A DNA stretch of 64,000 bases from Escherichia phage vB_EcoM-172859UKE1. How positions within the stretch are numbered: position 1 is the stretch's first letter; each line of letters opens with the position of its first letter. A program made the position numbers and the translations under genes. The notes under the pieces are model-generated. The model did no database searches. It was not told the origin of the DNA and was given only the letters and a program-made list of their open reading frames with translations. The DNA is taken from the sequence record MZ234025.1; one strand, given 5' to 3'. Positions 27,821 to 36,317 of the stretch are shown one piece after another.

Positions 27821-28981
27821 ATGAATACTTTTAAAATCGGAACGAATTTTGATTTAGCTCTTCTTGATAAAATCGTAGAGCTCAATAAAACTTATCCTAA
27901 TAGCTTGATAAATGAAGTATACGGCTCTACAAGAGAAATGGCTTTTGTAGCAGCCAGACCTGATTTTAGGCTTCCTGACGTTGACAAAAAGATGTTAGAA
28001 GATTACGTTAAACGTTGTAACGAATTAGGTATTTGCTTTAACTATACACTCAACACGATAAATCCTGGTTCAAAAAGAGAACTAGTTGAGTGGAAGAAGA
28101 AAGCTATTCAGGATTATGTTCAGTATCTTTGGTCAATAGGCGTATGGCGTATTACTATCGCTAACCCTGTTGTTATGGAAATTGTTCGTGAAGTCAATAA
28201 AGACATTGAGATTGAAGTTTCAACAATTCTACATGTCGATGCTGTAACTCAAATCAAATACTTGCATGACCAATATAATATCAAAAAGGTCTGCTGTGGA
28301 ATTCATAAGAACCGTTCAGTTTCTTTCCTGAAGCGTGCAGCAGAGTTTTGCAATAAGAACAATATAATATTTGAAGTTCTTGTAAATGAGTTCTGTTCTA
28401 ATGCTGGTAAAGGGTATACAACACATTGTAGCTATCGTGACTCTTGCTATATTTTCCATAGTACTGATGTTACAGCTGATGATGCTAAATCCTTAAACGG
28501 ATATCCTATGCAGCACTGTATTAAAGCTCGTGATACAGACCCATTTAACTGGTTGAGAACTCGTTTTGTTCGTCCTCAAGATTTGAAACTTTATAATGAT
28601 ATTGGTATCACTCAATTCAAAGTTTCAGGACGTACAGGTAGCACAGACTACATTTTGAAAGTTCTTGAAGCATACGCTTCTGAAAAGTTTGAAGGTAATT
28701 TGTTAGAACTGTGGAAGCCTTTAGAGACTATTTTCACTCTTGAAAACGAAACTGAGTTTTCACATACAGTAAATATTGAAACCTCTTTGTTAGATGGCTT
28801 TTTAGAAAAAAGGTGGTTCAGACATCCAGATTTCGATTGTGCTAATGAAATCTGCGGGACGACGTGTACATATTGTGAAAGATATTATAAACGTCAATTA
28901 TCTAAAAACGGGTTAGCAGAAAACTCTATATCTATTATTGATATAACTAACTCTGATGACGCTTTGAGGTACCCGGAATGA
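27821..28981 (+). CDS. U32-family-like Cys-rich protein (possible Fe-S enzyme)
   Basis: 386 aa; FNYTLNT, EVLVNEFCS...HCSYRDSC, FKVSGRTGS resemble U32 motifs; C-terminal CxxxCxxxCxYC. Confidence 0.55.
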   Translation: MNTFKIGTNFDLALLDKIVELNKTYPNSLINEVYGSTREMAFVAARPDFRLPDVDKKMLEDYVKRCNELGICFNYTLNTINPGSKRELVEWKKKAIQDYVQYLWSIGVWRITIANPVVMEIVREVNKDIEIEVSTILHVDAVTQIKYLHDQYNIKKVCCGIHKNRSVSFLKRAAEFCNKNNIIFEVLVNEFCSNAGKGYTTHCSYRDSCYIFHSTDVTADDAKSLNGYPMQHCIKARDTDPFNWLRTRFVRPQDLKLYNDIGITQFKVSGRTGSTDYILKVLEAYASEKFEGNLLELWKPLETIFTLENETEFSHTVNIETSLLDGFLEKRWFRHPDFDCANEICGTTCTYCERYYKRQLSKNGLAENSISIIDITNSDDALRYPE

Positions 28982-29061
28982 TTTCTAGAAAAACTTTTAA
29001 CCACCAACTTAATGAAGAGATTTTGACTATGAAACTGAACACTAATGACCAAATTCTTAAA

Positions 29062-29083
29062 CAGGCCCATCAGGGCCTGTTTG
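29062..29083 (+). terminator. GC-rich stem-loop (possible terminator) at the 3' edge of the sugar module
   Basis: CAGGCCC-atca-GGGCCTG perfect 7-bp stem followed by TTT. Confidence 0.35.
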
Positions 29084-29218
29084 AAACTAAAGCGGCTAAA
29101 GTGATTAAAGAAACCTGTTCAATTGGAATACTACGCTGATGCATTTCTTCATAGTGTTCTTGGAAGTATCGATGCTGAAGCTTTACGTTATATCAACATT
29201 GTCAAGAAATTCAAATAA

Positions 29219-29241
29219 GCTTTACGAATTGAGTATATAAT
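29219..29241 (+). promoter_or_regulatory. possible MotA-type middle promoter for gene 42
   Basis: GCTTTA 29219-29224, 11-bp spacer, TATAAT 29236-29241. Confidence 0.35.
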
Positions 29242-29260
29242 AAATTGTATTGAGGTAAAC

Positions 29261-29977
29261 ATGGGAAAACATAACACAATGAAATATATCAAAGCCGCAG
29301 ATTTTCAAACCGCATTTAAAGCAGTCAATCGTGAAATTTTAGAAAACCCGGAATTCGTAACTGATTCTCGTATTGGACGTTGTAATGAAATTGGGTCTAT
29401 GACAGTAGTTGTTGACACTCCATCATCATTCAAAATGACCGACCCACGTATTAACCGCATCTCTTATGAATATGCCGAAGACTTCTGGAAGTTTATGATT
29501 TCTGGTGGTACCAACGCAGAAGAAGCGTTTAAGGCATATCCTAATGTCGCTAAATTTATTTCTAAACCAAAATCAGATGTTTTGCCGGCGAACTTCAACA
29601 CTTTCTATGGTCCTCGCATTGCGGCCCAATTACCAGCTCTTCTAAAAGAACTTAAAGAGAAGCCTAACTCCCGAAGAGTTGTGTTCCAAATTCTAGAAAG
29701 TTCTGATCAGGCTTTGCTTGATTCAGACGAAACGCTTGAATATCCATGTACTGACTCAGTGACTTATTATATTCGTGATGGTAAGCTTTATACCCACTGT
29801 CATATGCGTTCTCAGAACTGTGCTGTTGTTATGCAGTTGGATTTTTATCTCCAAGGAAAATTACTTCATTATATCGCTAACGAATGTGGTGTAGAAGTTG
29901 GTGATTATACTCATACCATGGTAAGTGCCCATGTGTTTGAACGTGATTTTGATTATGTTAAAGGATTCCTTGACTAA
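29261..29977 (+). CDS. 42: dCMP hydroxymethylase gp42
   Basis: 238 aa thymidylate-synthase-fold protein; catalytic region EYPCTDSVTYYIRDGKL...HMRSQN parallels T4 gp42; lacks TS PCH motif. Confidence 0.85.
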   Translation: MGKHNTMKYIKAADFQTAFKAVNREILENPEFVTDSRIGRCNEIGSMTVVVDTPSSFKMTDPRINRISYEYAEDFWKFMISGGTNAEEAFKAYPNVAKFISKPKSDVLPANFNTFYGPRIAAQLPALLKELKEKPNSRRVVFQILESSDQALLDSDETLEYPCTDSVTYYIRDGKLYTHCHMRSQNCAVVMQLDFYLQGKLLHYIANECGVEVGDYTHTMVSAHVFERDFDYVKGFLD

Positions 29978-30876
29978 TGGCTATTTTCCGCGTACCTATT
30001 TTGAGTATGCGGTCTTATGAAACTGGACAGTATGCTATCCTTAAGGATGGCAACTTCCAACTTCATTTGCACCGTGCTAATCCGGGTGATGTGATTACAT
30101 ATCCACGTAATGCATCTGATATTAAAGAATGCGAACGTCTTTTTCCAGAATTTAAGTTTGTTCCATTATGGTATAAAGATAACGCGTATAACACTCGTAA
30201 ATATTTCTGGTCTGAAAATGAATTTGTGGTTGATTCATTAATTGCTTATTATGATTGTGATTTTCTAATCACAGATATCACTGGATATGACGGCGCTTTT
30301 GATGTAGAATTCAATTTCAATATCACTGCAGACCCTAATAAACCACGTTTTTATATTGACGAATTCTTAAAAACCGATATGTTGTCGGTTAATCGTTCAC
30401 TTCAAACTACTGTGTTGAATGAACGTCAAAAAGAAGTGCTGGTTAACGCAGGTGCAGATGGTAATAAGATTATCGTAACACAGAAAGTTATACGTCCTTC
30501 CATCATGCAGCGTCTTGTAGGTGATTTGGCTCCTATTCATCTAGATGGTATTTTTCATCCATTTCGAATTAGTGACCCATGCTATCGTTTTGAACAAGTG
30601 GTTGAATGTGCAATTCAATTAGGTCAACCGCTTTATATAACCGATCCAAATAATAGCTTCGACAGAAATAAGTATCCTGAAGAAGCGCTGATTCGAATTT
30701 TTAAACCAACTAAAACTGAGTACTATCAAATTCTTAAAGGACGTCCGAAGATTCAATATTTCGAAAATCCTGAAGAAGTATTCCATCCAGGTCTTGGCGA
30801 GTTCATCTACTTTAATGCTTTAATTTCTTCGCCGTATAATATACCTAAATACGAAGATGTTGTAATCGAGGAATAA
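29977..30876 (+). CDS. hypothetical protein occupying the beta-glucosyltransferase locus (candidate DNA sugar transferase)
   Basis: 299-aa ORF ATGA-coupled to gene 42; no similarity recognised to T4 beta-gt. Confidence 0.6.
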   Translation: MAIFRVPILSMRSYETGQYAILKDGNFQLHLHRANPGDVITYPRNASDIKECERLFPEFKFVPLWYKDNAYNTRKYFWSENEFVVDSLIAYYDCDFLITDITGYDGAFDVEFNFNITADPNKPRFYIDEFLKTDMLSVNRSLQTTVLNERQKEVLVNAGADGNKIIVTQKVIRPSIMQRLVGDLAPIHLDGIFHPFRISDPCYRFEQVVECAIQLGQPLYITDPNNSFDRNKYPEEALIRIFKPTKTEYYQILKGRPKIQYFENPEEVFHPGLGEFIYFNALISSPYNIPKYEDVVIEE

Positions 30877-30877
30877 A

Positions 30878-31426
30878 ATGGCTAAAATTATTTTAGTAGA
30901 TGGCCCGGATAATGCTGGTAAAACAACTTTCATTAATGACATAATGGAAATTAGTGAAAGATATGTAAAGATTGATTTCCCTAAAAGAACGGTTGATGGA
31001 CGTTTCGATGTTAAGTCTCGAAATGAAGTTGGCTGTTTCGAAACGATGTTGAATTATTTAGACCCTACTAAGATTTATCTATTAGACCGTGGATATATTA
31101 GTAACTGGGTTTATGGACGTATTCGTCAAGATGCGGACTCGGTTCTTGACGTTTATGAACAGGATTATGTTCGTCTTTGCCAAAACCATGATGTGTTCAC
31201 AATTATTTTAACACGTAACGAAATGACTGAAAGTTTTGAAGACGACCTTATTACTTTGTCTTCATTCGGTTTTAATACAGTCATTTCACATTTTGAAGAG
31301 TTTGCAATTCATAACAAAATCCAAACGTATCAATTACTTAATCATGATGGTGCTAACAAAGTTATAGGATTTAATGCAAGCGAACGTAATGATTTGATTA
31401 CAGAAATCATCAAATGGGCTCGTTAA
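30878..31426 (+). CDS. P-loop kinase (NMP/sugar kinase-like)
   Basis: N-terminal Walker A GPDNAGKTT and LDRGY region typical of small P-loop kinases. Confidence 0.6.
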   Translation: MAKIILVDGPDNAGKTTFINDIMEISERYVKIDFPKRTVDGRFDVKSRNEVGCFETMLNYLDPTKIYLLDRGYISNWVYGRIRQDADSVLDVYEQDYVRLCQNHDVFTIILTRNEMTESFEDDLITLSSFGFNTVISHFEEFAIHNKIQTYQLLNHDGANKVIGFNASERNDLITEIIKWAR

Positions 31427-31444
31427 GAGCCATTTAAAGTTTTA

Positions 31445-31471
31445 AATGCTGTATAACCCTTAGTATATAAT
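31445..31471 (+). promoter_or_regulatory. possible MotA-dependent middle promoter for uvsX
   Basis: AAATGCTGTA (one mismatch to MotA box), 12-bp spacer, TATAAT 31466-31471. Confidence 0.35.
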
Positions 31472-31524
31472 CATCTTATCTTTTAAACATGAGTAAAATA
31501 TAATGATGCCTATGGAAAAATACA

Positions 31525-32697
31525 ATGTCTGATTTAAAATCTCGTCTGATTAAAGCTTCTACTTCTAAAATGACTGCAGACTTGACTAAGTCTAAGCTGT
31601 TTAATAATCGTGATGAAGTCCCTACTCGTATTCCGATGTTGAATATTGCATTAGGTGGTGCACTGAATGCAGGGTTGCAATCAGGCTTGACTATTTTTGC
31701 TGCACCTTCTAAACATTTTAAAACATTGTTTGGACTGACCATGGTTGCAGCATATATGAAGAAATATAAAGATGCAATTTGTTTGTTCTATGATTCAGAA
31801 TTTGGTGCTTCAGAATCTTATTTTCGTTCAATGGGTGTTGATTTAGACCGTGTAGTTCATACTCCGATTCAATCTGTCGAACAACTTAAAGTTGATATGA
31901 CTAATCAGCTTGACGCGATTGAACGCGGTGATAAAGTTATTATCTTTATCGATTCAATCGGTAATACTGCATCTAAGAAAGAAACTGAAGATGCATTGAA
32001 CGAGAAAGTTGTAGGTGATATGTCTCGTGCTAAGGCACTTAAATCTCTTTTCCGTATTGTGACCCCGTATCTGACTATTAAAGATATTCCGTGTGTTGCA
32101 ATTAACCATACCGCAATGGAAATTGGCGGATTGTATCCTAAAGAGATTATGGGCGGTGGTACAGGTATTCTTTATTCTGCCAACACAGTGTTTTTTATCT
32201 CTAAACGTCAGGTTAAAGAAGGTACAGAATTGACCGGTTATGACTTCACGTTGAAAGCAGAAAAATCTCGCACTGTTAAAGAAAAATCTACTTTCCCAAT
32301 CACGGTTAATTTTGATGGTGGTATCGACCCATTCAGCGGCTTGCTAGAAATGGCAACTGAAATTGGTTTTGTAGTTAAGCCTAAAGCTGGTTGGTATGCT
32401 CGCGAATTCCTTGACGAAGAAACAGGTGAAATGATTCGTGAAGAAAAATCATGGCGTGCTAAAGCTACTGATTGTGTAGAATTCTGGGGACCTTTGTTTA
32501 AACACAAACCTTTCCGAGATGCAATTGAAACTAAATATAAACTAGGTGCTATCTCTTCTATTAAAGAAGTTGATGACGCTGTTAACGACCTTATTAATTG
32601 CAAAGCAACAACTAAAGTTCCGGTTAAAACTTCTGATGCTCCGTCTGCAGCAGATATAGAAAACGACCTTGACGAAATGGAAGATTTCGATGAATAA
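31525..32697 (+). CDS. uvsX: recombinase UvsX (RecA-like)
   Basis: 390 aa; MSDLKSRLIKASTSK... and Walker A GPSKHFKT closely match T4 UvsX. Confidence 0.95.
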   Translation: MSDLKSRLIKASTSKMTADLTKSKLFNNRDEVPTRIPMLNIALGGALNAGLQSGLTIFAAPSKHFKTLFGLTMVAAYMKKYKDAICLFYDSEFGASESYFRSMGVDLDRVVHTPIQSVEQLKVDMTNQLDAIERGDKVIIFIDSIGNTASKKETEDALNEKVVGDMSRAKALKSLFRIVTPYLTIKDIPCVAINHTAMEIGGLYPKEIMGGGTGILYSANTVFFISKRQVKEGTELTGYDFTLKAEKSRTVKEKSTFPITVNFDGGIDPFSGLLEMATEIGFVVKPKAGWYAREFLDEETGEMIREEKSWRAKATDCVEFWGPLFKHKPFRDAIETKYKLGAISSIKEVDDAVNDLINCKATTKVPVKTSDAPSAADIENDLDEMEDFDE

Positions 32698-33031
32698 TCT
32701 CGATGATTTAAATCTAGAAATCGTTGATGAATCCCCTTCTTCGGAAGGGGAAGACATTCGCAAAGAACGAGTGTTTAATGAATCTCTTAAAATTGTCCGT
32801 TCAGCAATGGAAAATGTCATTCAAGAGATTCTGATTACACTTGAAGACGGTTCTCATCATATAGTCTATATTACAAAACTAGACTGGGTTGATGGTAAAA
32901 TCGTAATGGACTTTGCAGTTCTTGACCAGGACAGAAAATCAGAACTTGCACCACATGTTGAAAAATGTGTTACAATGCAAGTACAACAAGCTTTTAATGA
33001 ACGAACCAAGAAAAAATTTAAATTCTTTTAA
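32690..33031 (+). CDS. hypothetical protein at the position of gene 40
   Basis: 113-aa ORF between uvsX and 41; start taken at first ATG (track start is TTG). Confidence 0.5.
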   Translation: MNNLDDLNLEIVDESPSSEGEDIRKERVFNESLKIVRSAMENVIQEILITLEDGSHHIVYITKLDWVDGKIVMDFAVLDQDRKSELAPHVEKCVTMQVQQAFNERTKKKFKFF

Positions 33032-33040
33032 GGAGTTATC

Positions 33041-34483
33041 GTGGTAGAAATTATTTTGTCTCATCTAGTATATGACCAGGCTTATTTTTCTAAGGTCTGG
33101 CCTTATATGGATTCTGAGTATTTTGAGCGTGGACCGGCAAAAAACGTCTTTAAAATTATAAAGAGCCACGTTAACGAATATAATGCAATGCCATCTATCA
33201 ATGCATTAAAGGTGGCTTTAGATAACAGTTCTTTAACTGAAGCCGAATATAAAGGAACTTCAGACCTAATTGAAAAATTGGCTGATACTCCTGAAGACCA
33301 CGAATGGTTGGTTAAAGAAACTGAGAAATATGTCCAGCAAAAAGCGATGTATAATGCTACATCCAAAATCATTGAGATTCAGTCTAATGCTGAACTACCT
33401 CCAGAACAACGTAACAAGAAAATGCCTGACGTAGGAGCTATTCCTGATATTATGCGTCAAGCACTTTCAATTTCGTTCGATAGTTATGTTGGACATGACT
33501 GGATGGAAGACTACGAAGCACGCTGGCTTTCTTATCTAAATAAAGCACGTAAGGTCCCGTTCAAATTAAACATTTTGAATAAAATCACTAAAGGTGGTGC
33601 TGAAACAGGTACACTGAATGTTTTAATGGCTGGTGTTAACGTTGGTAAATCTTTAGGCCTTTGTTCACTCGCTGCAGATTATCTTCAAACAGGTCATAAT
33701 GTTCTTTATATTTCCATGGAAATGGCTGAAGAAGTTTGTGCTAAGCGTATAGATGCAAACATGCTTGACGTATCACTCGATGATATCGATGATGGTAACG
33801 TATCTTATGCTGAATATAAAGCCAAGATGGAAAAATGGCGTTCAAAATCCACATTAGGACGTTTAGTAGTTAAACAGTATCCTACTGGTGGAGCTAATGC
33901 TAATACATTTCGTGCATTGCTTAATGAGTTAAAACTTAAGAAGAACTTTGTGCCATCTGTAATCATGGTTGATTACTTAGGTATTTGTGGGTCTTGTCGT
34001 ATCAGAGTTTACACTGAAAATAGCTACACCTTAGTTAAAGCTATCGCAGAAGAACTTCGTGCATTAGCAGTAGAATCTGAAACAGTTCTATGGACTGCAG
34101 CTCAAGTAGGACGTGCAGCATGGGATGCTTCGGATATGAACATGAGCGATATTGCAGAATCAGCAGGTTTACCAGCAACAGCAGATTTCATGTTGGCCGT
34201 AATTGAAACCGAAGAACTTGCACAAGCTGAACAACAACTTATCAAACAAATCAAATCACGATACGGTGATAAGAATAAGTGGAATAAATTCCTGATGGGT
34301 GTACGTAAAGGCAACCAGAAATGGATTGAGATTGAGCAAGAAGGCATGAACACACCTAACACAGTAAATGAAAACGCAGGTGCTCAGATGCGTCAGGCAG
34401 AGGTGAATCGTACGGAACGCGTAGGTAAAGCCAAAGCAACACGTGCTGACCTAGATAGCTTAGCCAATGAGTTAAAATTTTAA
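33041..34483 (+). CDS. 41: replicative DNA helicase gp41 (DnaB-like), GTG start
   Basis: 480 aa; MVEIILSHL..., Walker A GVNVGKSLG; first codon GTG 4 nt after AAGGAG. Confidence 0.95.
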   Translation: MVEIILSHLVYDQAYFSKVWPYMDSEYFERGPAKNVFKIIKSHVNEYNAMPSINALKVALDNSSLTEAEYKGTSDLIEKLADTPEDHEWLVKETEKYVQQKAMYNATSKIIEIQSNAELPPEQRNKKMPDVGAIPDIMRQALSISFDSYVGHDWMEDYEARWLSYLNKARKVPFKLNILNKITKGGAETGTLNVLMAGVNVGKSLGLCSLAADYLQTGHNVLYISMEMAEEVCAKRIDANMLDVSLDDIDDGNVSYAEYKAKMEKWRSKSTLGRLVVKQYPTGGANANTFRALLNELKLKKNFVPSVIMVDYLGICGSCRIRVYTENSYTLVKAIAEELRALAVESETVLWTAAQVGRAAWDASDMNMSDIAESAGLPATADFMLAVIETEELAQAEQQLIKQIKSRYGDKNKWNKFLMGVRKGNQKWIEIEQEGMNTPNTVNENAGAQMRQAEVNRTERVGKAKATRADLDSLANELKF

Positions 34484-34488
34484 TAAAA

Positions 34489-34512
34489 AGGAGACTTCGG
34501 TCTCCTTTCGGG
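34489..34512 (+). terminator. stem-loop/terminator after gene 41
   Basis: GGAGAC-ttcg-GTCTCC hairpin followed by TTT. Confidence 0.55.
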
Positions 34513-34542
34513 GTTTACATCTTCCTCTAGGCATGATATGAT
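34513..34542 (+). promoter_or_regulatory. early promoter GTTTAC / TATGAT
   Basis: GTTTAC 34513-34518, 18-bp spacer, TATGAT 34537-34542. Confidence 0.5.
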
Positions 34543-34571
34543 GAACTTACCCCAACCAAGAGGAAAACATT

Positions 34572-34946
34572 ATGAATATGTCTCAAGCAATTTTTACTGC
34601 AATCACCGAAAACACAACTGTTGAAGTAGTTTCTCCACTGGCAACCTACGTTATTCTTGCTCCTAAAACTATTGTATCTCGTATGGAAAACACAGGCAAA
34701 CGTATCGTACAAATAGTTGGAGCCGGAAATCAAAAACTTGATTATCTACGAACCATCAAAGCTTATGAACATTTCCAACTCGAAAAAGGTTCTCCTATTC
34801 AGGTAGAACTCGTAAATGGTGATATCGTTCGAGCAATGTTCCATCATTTCTATGCATTGAATGACCCATCTAAAGCGGTTCGTTTAATTGCATACGATGC
34901 AAACCAAAACGAAATCAACGCAGATATATCTAAATTACGTTTTTAA
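34572..34946 (+). CDS. hypothetical protein
   Basis: 124-aa ORF after AGAGGAAAACATT RBS. Confidence 0.5.
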   Translation: MNMSQAIFTAITENTTVEVVSPLATYVILAPKTIVSRMENTGKRIVQIVGAGNQKLDYLRTIKAYEHFQLEKGSPIQVELVNGDIVRAMFHHFYALNDPSKAVRLIAYDANQNEINADISKLRF

Positions 34947-34995
34947 GTTTACTTCTCCAGTAGTTGTGTTATTATAGACCTATCAACTACTGGAG
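34947..34995 (+). promoter_or_regulatory. early promoter (PeSL-like) with 12-bp inverted repeat CTCCAGTAGTTG/CAACTACTGGAG enclosing -10
   Basis: GTTTAC 34947-34952, TATTAT 34970-34975; 28 bp (34968-34995) identical to 1431-1458. Confidence 0.6.
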
Positions 34996-35001
34996 AACAA
35001 A

Positions 35002-35319
35002 ATGAAAACCATCGATTGTAAAGCAGAATTTAAGATTTTTTATCACGGTTCAAGTAGTTCAGCTAACATCGAAAACATGCTTTGTCCTCCTGAGGAAACA
35101 GGAGTTCTGTCTGAAACTGGACGTAAGAAAAACTTGGATCGTGTATTCTTTACTGAAGATATAGGTTTAGCAAAGATTTATGCAGGACGAGCAGCACGCT
35201 CTTATGGAGGTGAACCACGTCTCTATCGAGTAATTTCTCCGGTAGATGTAGTTCAAATGAATGATACTAAAGGTGCTACAGTTTATCACGCTGAATGGGC
35301 ATTTTGCGAGGAAATATGA
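35002..35319 (+). CDS. hypothetical protein
   Basis: 105-aa ORF. Confidence 0.5.
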   Translation: MKTIDCKAEFKIFYHGSSSSANIENMLCPPEETGVLSETGRKKNLDRVFFTEDIGLAKIYAGRAARSYGGEPRLYRVISPVDVVQMNDTKGATVYHAEWAFCEEI

Positions 35320-35504
35320 GCAAATTAACTAAAGTTACTTTTATTGGCTGGTTTAAAAATGATAATATGTTCACTAAAGATATCATGTTATCAGGCGACC
35401 GTGAAGAAATCGAGTGGGTTGCGGTACAACTCGCTGAAGTGAACAGTGCACTTGTTAAAGCATTTCTTAATGATGAGAAAGTTTTCGAAGCAGATTTTCG
35501 ATAA
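35316..35504 (+). CDS. possible Dmd-like antitoxin
   Basis: 62-aa ORF (MSKLTKVTFIGWFKNDNMFTK...) next to gene 41 region where T4 has dmd; resemblance from memory only. Confidence 0.45.
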   Translation: MSKLTKVTFIGWFKNDNMFTKDIMLSGDREEIEWVAVQLAEVNSALVKAFLNDEKVFEADFR

Positions 35505-35517
35505 TTTTAAAATAACT

Positions 35518-35547
35518 GTTTACAAGCACCACATACTGTGTTACTAT
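35518..35547 (+). promoter_or_regulatory. early promoter GTTTAC / TACTAT
   Basis: GTTTAC 35518-35523, 18-bp spacer, TACTAT 35542-35547. Confidence 0.55.
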
Positions 35548-35575
35548 CTTTCTATCAACTACAGAGGAAATTGAA

Positions 35576-35944
35576 ATGAAAAAATTAATCGCTTTAGCAA
35601 TGGTATTTGGATTAACCGGATGTGGTGCCCATGGCTTTATCCCTAATAACGTTGGCCAACTGATTTACAATCCGAATGTTAAACAATATGAACAACCTAA
35701 AGTTGAAGTGGAAGACCCGGTTACTGTAGGTAATCGAATGATTCAAGCTGATGCTCATGCTCAACGTTATCGTGATTCTGATACTGTAGCATTGTCAAAA
35801 GAACAACGCGTTAAAGAACATTGCTTACAGGCTACTGAAATCGCATTCATTCGCTATGTTGAAACAACCGGTAAAGAGCCTACCCAGAAACAAATCGCGA
35901 ATAACTACGTCCAGTGTATTGAACGTTTAAACAAATTTAATTAA
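35576..35944 (+). CDS. lipoprotein
   Basis: Signal peptide with lipobox LTGC (MKKLIALAMVFGLTGCG). Confidence 0.6.
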   Translation: MKKLIALAMVFGLTGCGAHGFIPNNVGQLIYNPNVKQYEQPKVEVEDPVTVGNRMIQADAHAQRYRDSDTVALSKEQRVKEHCLQATEIAFIRYVETTGKEPTQKQIANNYVQCIERLNKFN

Positions 35945-35947
35945 TTG

Positions 35948-35977
35948 GTTTACACCAAAGTTAAAACAAGATACTAT
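35948..35977 (+). promoter_or_regulatory. early promoter GTTTAC / TACTAT
   Basis: GTTTAC 35948-35953, 18-bp spacer, TACTAT 35972-35977. Confidence 0.5.
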
Positions 35978-36005
35978 AAACATAACAAATCAAGAGGAAA
36001 TTAAC

Positions 36006-36254
36006 ATGGAATTATTCGTAGCTAGTTCAGTAGCAGTTTTAATCGCAGGTATTGGTTCAATCATCATTTACATGTTGCCTTGGGTAATCGCACTTATTCG
36101 TGGCACAAAAAGCACAACAGCAATCTTCTTCGTATCTTTACTCTTTAACTGGACGATGGTTGGTTGGATTGGAACTTTAATTTGGTCTATCGTTGCCGAA
36201 AAGAAATCTGCTCTACAGCCTCAACAAGTAATTATTATTCGCGAAAAAGAATAA
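36006..36254 (+). CDS. superinfection immunity protein (Imm-like membrane protein)
   Basis: 82 aa, two TM helices; YMLPWVIALIRG...NWTMVGWIGTLIW fits Imm superinfection-immunity family pattern. Confidence 0.6.
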   Translation: MELFVASSVAVLIAGIGSIIIYMLPWVIALIRGTKSTTAIFFVSLLFNWTMVGWIGTLIWSIVAEKKSALQPQQVIIIREKE

Positions 36255-36259
36255 ACTTG

Positions 36260-36294
36260 TTTACATTATAGATGGACTATAGTATAGTAGTCCT
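36260..36294 (+). promoter_or_regulatory. early promoter GTTTAC / TATAGT with inverted repeat GGACTA/TAGTCC
   Basis: GTTTAC 36260-36265, TATAGT 36284-36289. Confidence 0.55.
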
Positions 36295-36317
36295 ATCAAA
36301 TCAACTAAGGAGTTAAA

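Noticed and set aside
35002-35319. 105-aa ORF with YHGS...R...E residues considered as an ADP-ribosyltransferase or RNA 2'-phosphotransferase-like protein
   Set aside because: Too few residues to support a motif assignment; left as hypothetical.
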